A stretch of DNA of 64,000 bases. It comes from Flavobacteriales bacterium. GTDB lineage: Bacteria > Bacteroidota > Bacteroidia > Flavobacteriales > UBA7312. The stretch lies in the NCBI GenBank assembly GCA_049890295.1, contig JBMHBP010000023.1, positions 164,531 to 228,530 on the forward strand. The letters are read 5' to 3'. Shown here piece by piece: positions 62,201 through 64,000 of this stretch. Positions within the stretch are counted from its first letter, which is position 1, and each line of letters opens with the position of its first letter. The notes beneath the pieces were generated by a model that was given only the letters and a program-made list of their open reading frames with translations, was not told the origin of the DNA and did not search any database. A program made the position numbers and the translations under genes.

Positions 62201-64000
62201 GGCCAATATGGTAACGATAGATTAGTTTCAATTACAGATGCTGATGTTATCATGCCAACAGTATGCTGGGAGTCTTGCGAAGCATGCCCAGATGTAATAT
62301 TAGGATGTACGGATACAGCAGCTAATAACTATGATGTAACAGCTACAGAAGACGATGGCTCTTGTACATATCCTGCGCCAATGGCTAATTTATTCTTCTC
62401 TGAATATGCCGACCCTGCGTCTGCTTATTCAAACAGATACCTAGAAATCTTTAATCCTGGTGATACTGAAGTTAACCTTGCCGACTATGCATTCGCTAAC
62501 GTTTCAAATGCACCAACTGTTGTCGGTGAGTATGAATATTGGAATACTTTCTCCGATGGTGCTACTATTGCTGCAGGTGGTGTATATATTATAACAAGAG
62601 ACGATGCAGAATCTGCTATACTTGAATTATCCAATCAAACACATAACTTTTTAAGTAACGGTGATGATGGTTATTGTTTAGTATATGGTACGCAAGACAG
62701 CTATCAAGTATTAGACTGTATTGGTGATTTTAACGGTGACCCAGGCTCAGGCTGGGATGTTGCTGGAGTAAGTAGTGCTACAGCCAACCACGTTTTAGTT
62801 AGAAAATGTTCAGTAACAGAAGGTAACGATGGAAACTGGACAACTTCTGCTGGCACAAATGAAGAAGATTCAGAATGGATTGTTCTAGGTGATGTTTATG
62901 ACGGATTAGGATCGCATATTTCACCTTGTGCTTCAATTTTAGGATGTACTGATTCAAATGCTAGTAACTATAACGCTTCAGCCACAGAAGATGACGGGTC
63001 TTGTGAATATGCAATCACAACCTATTCATTGACTGTTTCAGTAGACATGAGTATTGAAGGCTTTACTGCCGGAGATGGTTCTACATGGGATGGATTAGAT
63101 GGTTCATCAATGGCTATTAGACTTAATGATGGTATGTGGGCAGCTATGACAGACATGGGAGATAATGTTTGGAGCTACACATTTACTGAACTAGAAGCTG
63201 GAGATTACACTTACAATTTTAATGACGGCTGGTACGAATCAGGACCATTCGGTGATTGTGTAGGTGGCCAATATGGTAACGATAGATTAGCTTCAATTAC
63301 AGATGCTGATGTTATCATGCCAACAGTATGCTGGGAGTCTTGCGAAGCATGTCCAGATGTAATATTAGGATGTACGGATACAGCAGCTAATAACTATGAT
63401 GCAACAGCTACAGAAGATGATGGCTCTTGTACATATCCTGCACCAATGGCTAATTTATTCTTCTCTGAATATGCTGAAGGTAGTAGTAATAATAAGTATT
63501 TAGAGATTTATAATCCAAGTGATGTTACTGTTAGTTTAGCAGATTATGCATATCCTAACGTTTCTAACGCCCCTTCAACGGTAGGTGAATATGAGTATTG
63601 GAATACCTTCGACGCAGGCGCAGAGATTGCAGCAAATAGTATTTATATTATAGCTCATGGCTCATCTGATGAAACAATACTAGCATTAGCAAATGAAACA
63701 CATAACTATTTAAGTAATGGTGATGATGGATATGCTTTGGTATACGGAACAGAAGATAATTATGTTGTTTTAGATCGTATAGGTGATTTCAATGGAGATC
63801 CAGGATATGGTTGGGAAGTTGCAGGTGTAAGCAATGCAACAAAAGATCACACTTTAGTACGTAAGTGCTCTATTGAGCAAGGTAATTCAGATTGGACAGC
63901 ATCTGCTGGAACAAATACTGATGATTCAGAATGGATTGTTCTTGAACAGAACGATTGGTCTGATTTAGGAATGCATACAGTGGAGTGTCCTACTCCAACT
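59225..64000 (+). CDS. Giant modular secreted protein: N-terminal jelly-roll-like domain, Ig-like domain, at least 4 LTDs, 3 CBM-like beta-sandwich domains and 7 short Cys motifs. It is incomplete and continues past the window end.
   Basis: It is absent from the ORF track because there is no stop before 64000. Hand translation from the ATG at 59225 begins with the signal peptide MKRIFILALLFISTLSFAQ and is open for all 1592 codons to the window end. LTD signatures (LFFSEYAEGSSNNKYLEIYN...NGDDGYALVYG...DHTLVRK) recur. Confidence 0.85.
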   Translation, partial: MKRIFILALLFISTLSFAQIPLTSQGFEGEGDWTYSTYPSFYDFSQNGDAFTILSTPYQTMSAATGNSYVVFHDLQNPNGNPPLDGNYYHYLTMSTIVVPQPSPSDLKLSFNYFVDGFHSSDYMGYELQFNDDTTWHSNWDSSLDTTHDFSAYLSKETDGLWVNEVIDLPDTISYLRFRIGAKQNGDDWAGLDDLMLFYDAGDFLAPSVVTASIADNQTINLTFSEEIQNANVEVEGYTVDNSYIGANGNDLVVVLTSSLTDGDYFSVNVTEVTDQAGNVGTEVVENLVHNNHQGNLVVTEVNYDDPGQYNNLAYFEIFNNGNSAYPLGGLAFNQGINIVFPEYSLGVGEYVIIARPAFFQNDECGALTYGCGFQSYFGFAPDFEISSGYLSTGGENLVCVNTTDEEVINFTYDDTNGWPEIPSGTAYSINLCDPTTDMNDGSNWTLSSSFQTAVESSDAVLSPLGLAGFTQYYADPGTSCPGEEAISGCTDPLACNYDASLGATSDDGSCILPNDCGSCEGDLSCLLSVTVSVDMSVEGFDPTDGIDYDGLDGTTMAIRVDGGSWQAMSDDDADGVWTATLLVLPNNTYSYNFNDGVGSGYESGNSLEECGDGTYGNDRTFTVDSTDLIIATVCWESCDVCPENIPGCTDETASNYNSAATEDDGSCHYPVPMQNLFFSEYAEGSSNNKYLEIYNASSETVSLTDYAMPNVSNAPSVVGEYEYWNTFDEGAEIAPNGIYIVAHPSADPSILALANMTHSYLSNGDDGYALVYGTQDDFVILDFIGDFNGDPGSGWEVAGVSDATKDHTLVRKCSVESGNTDWTASAGTSTDDSEWIVLDQNDWTDLGSHTSVCPTVLGCTDSEASNYDASATEDDGSCEYLVIEGCTDSDASNYNPDANQDNGTCEYPPSYSLTVTVDMSVEGFTAGDGSTWDGLDGSSMAVRLNSGMWAAMTDMGDNVWSYTFTELVAGDYTYNFNDGWYESGPFGDCVGGQYGNDRLVSITDADVIMPTVCWESCEACPDVILGCTDTAANNYDVTATEDDGSCTYPAPMANLFFSEYADPASAYSNRYLEIFNPGDTEVNLADYAFANVSNAPTVVGEYEYWNTFSDGATIAAGGVYIITRDDAESAILELSNQTHNFLSNGDDGYCLVYGTQDSYQVLDCIGDFNGDPGSGWDVAGVSSATANHVLVRKCSVTEGNDGNWTTSAGTNEEDSEWIVLGDVYDGLGSHISPCASILGCTDSNASNYNASATEDDGSCEYAITTYSLTVSVDMSIEGFTAGDGSTWDGLDGSSMAIRLNDGMWAAMTDMGDNVWSYTFTELEAGDYTYNFNDGWYESGPFGDCVGGQYGNDRLASITDADVIMPTVCWESCEACPDVILGCTDTAANNYDATATEDDGSCTYPAPMANLFFSEYAEGSSNNKYLEIYNPSDVTVSLADYAYPNVSNAPSTVGEYEYWNTFDAGAEIAANSIYIIAHGSSDETILALANETHNYLSNGDDGYALVYGTEDNYVVLDRIGDFNGDPGYGWEVAGVSNATKDHTLVRKCSIEQGNSDWTASAGTNTDDSEWIVLEQNDWSDLGMHTVECPTPT
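60827..64000 (+). repeat. Tandem in-frame super-repeats of about 1.07-1.15 kb (CBM-like domain, Cys motif, LTD, Cys motif) inside the giant ORF; at least 3 copies, the last truncated by the window
   Basis: The unit landmark gaYatgWSt (DMS) occurs at about 60827, 61979 and 63044. Copies 2 and 3 are nearly identical over about 440 nt (61979-62420 vs 63044-63485). Copy 1 is more diverged. Confidence 0.85.

Noticed and set aside
60827-64000. Long, regularly spaced repeats considered as a CRISPR array, a satellite or a mobile-element remnant
   Set aside because: The period is about 1.07 kb and the repeats are in frame within one continuous ORF, encoding recognisable protein domains. There is no short repeat/spacer structure, and I saw no flanking inverted repeats or transposase.

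Overview
This is an AT-rich (about one-third G+C by eye) chromosomal segment from a Bacteroidota genome that looks like class Flavobacteriia. The evidence is a porP-gldKLMN type IX secretion (T9SS) operon, TAnnTTTG -7 promoter boxes and several proteins ending in T9SS C-terminal sorting domains (CTDs). I call about 57 protein genes and one tRNA-Phe. I saw no rRNA, CRISPR array, transposase, integrase or phage genes.

Most of the window is conserved housekeeping:
- wbpB-wbpA
- porP-gldK-gldL-gldM-gldN
- topA
- miaB, a sigma-54 activator, an lptE-like gene and secG
- groES-groEL
- ctaA
- rplU-rpmA and serS
- rsmA-mgtE
- lysC, fbp and mfd
- purH-mreBCD-mrdA-rodA
- ppiD-like, CNNM, lptC-like and coaX
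- lpxH-like, ppk2 and a Nudix gene

The unusual content is a scattered set of probable T9SS cargo proteins:
- an extremely acidic 38-aa-repeat protein (17.7-18.9 kb)
- a lamin-tail-domain (LTD) protein (29.3-31.0 kb)
- a secreted agmatine-deiminase/PPAD-family enzyme (37.2-39.0 kb)
- at the right edge, a small LTD protein followed by a giant ORF (59225 to beyond 64000, absent from the ORF track because it has no stop in the window)

The giant ORF is built from tandem modules of about 1.07-1.15 kb. Each module has a CBM-like domain, a short Cys motif and an LTD, and nucleotide identity between copies is mosaic. I consider this locus the best candidate for something undescribed.

All family assignments come from motif recognition and synteny, with no searches run. 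Coordinates I derived by hand (terminators, promoter boxes, tRNA, revised starts, repeat boundaries) may be off by 1-2 nt.
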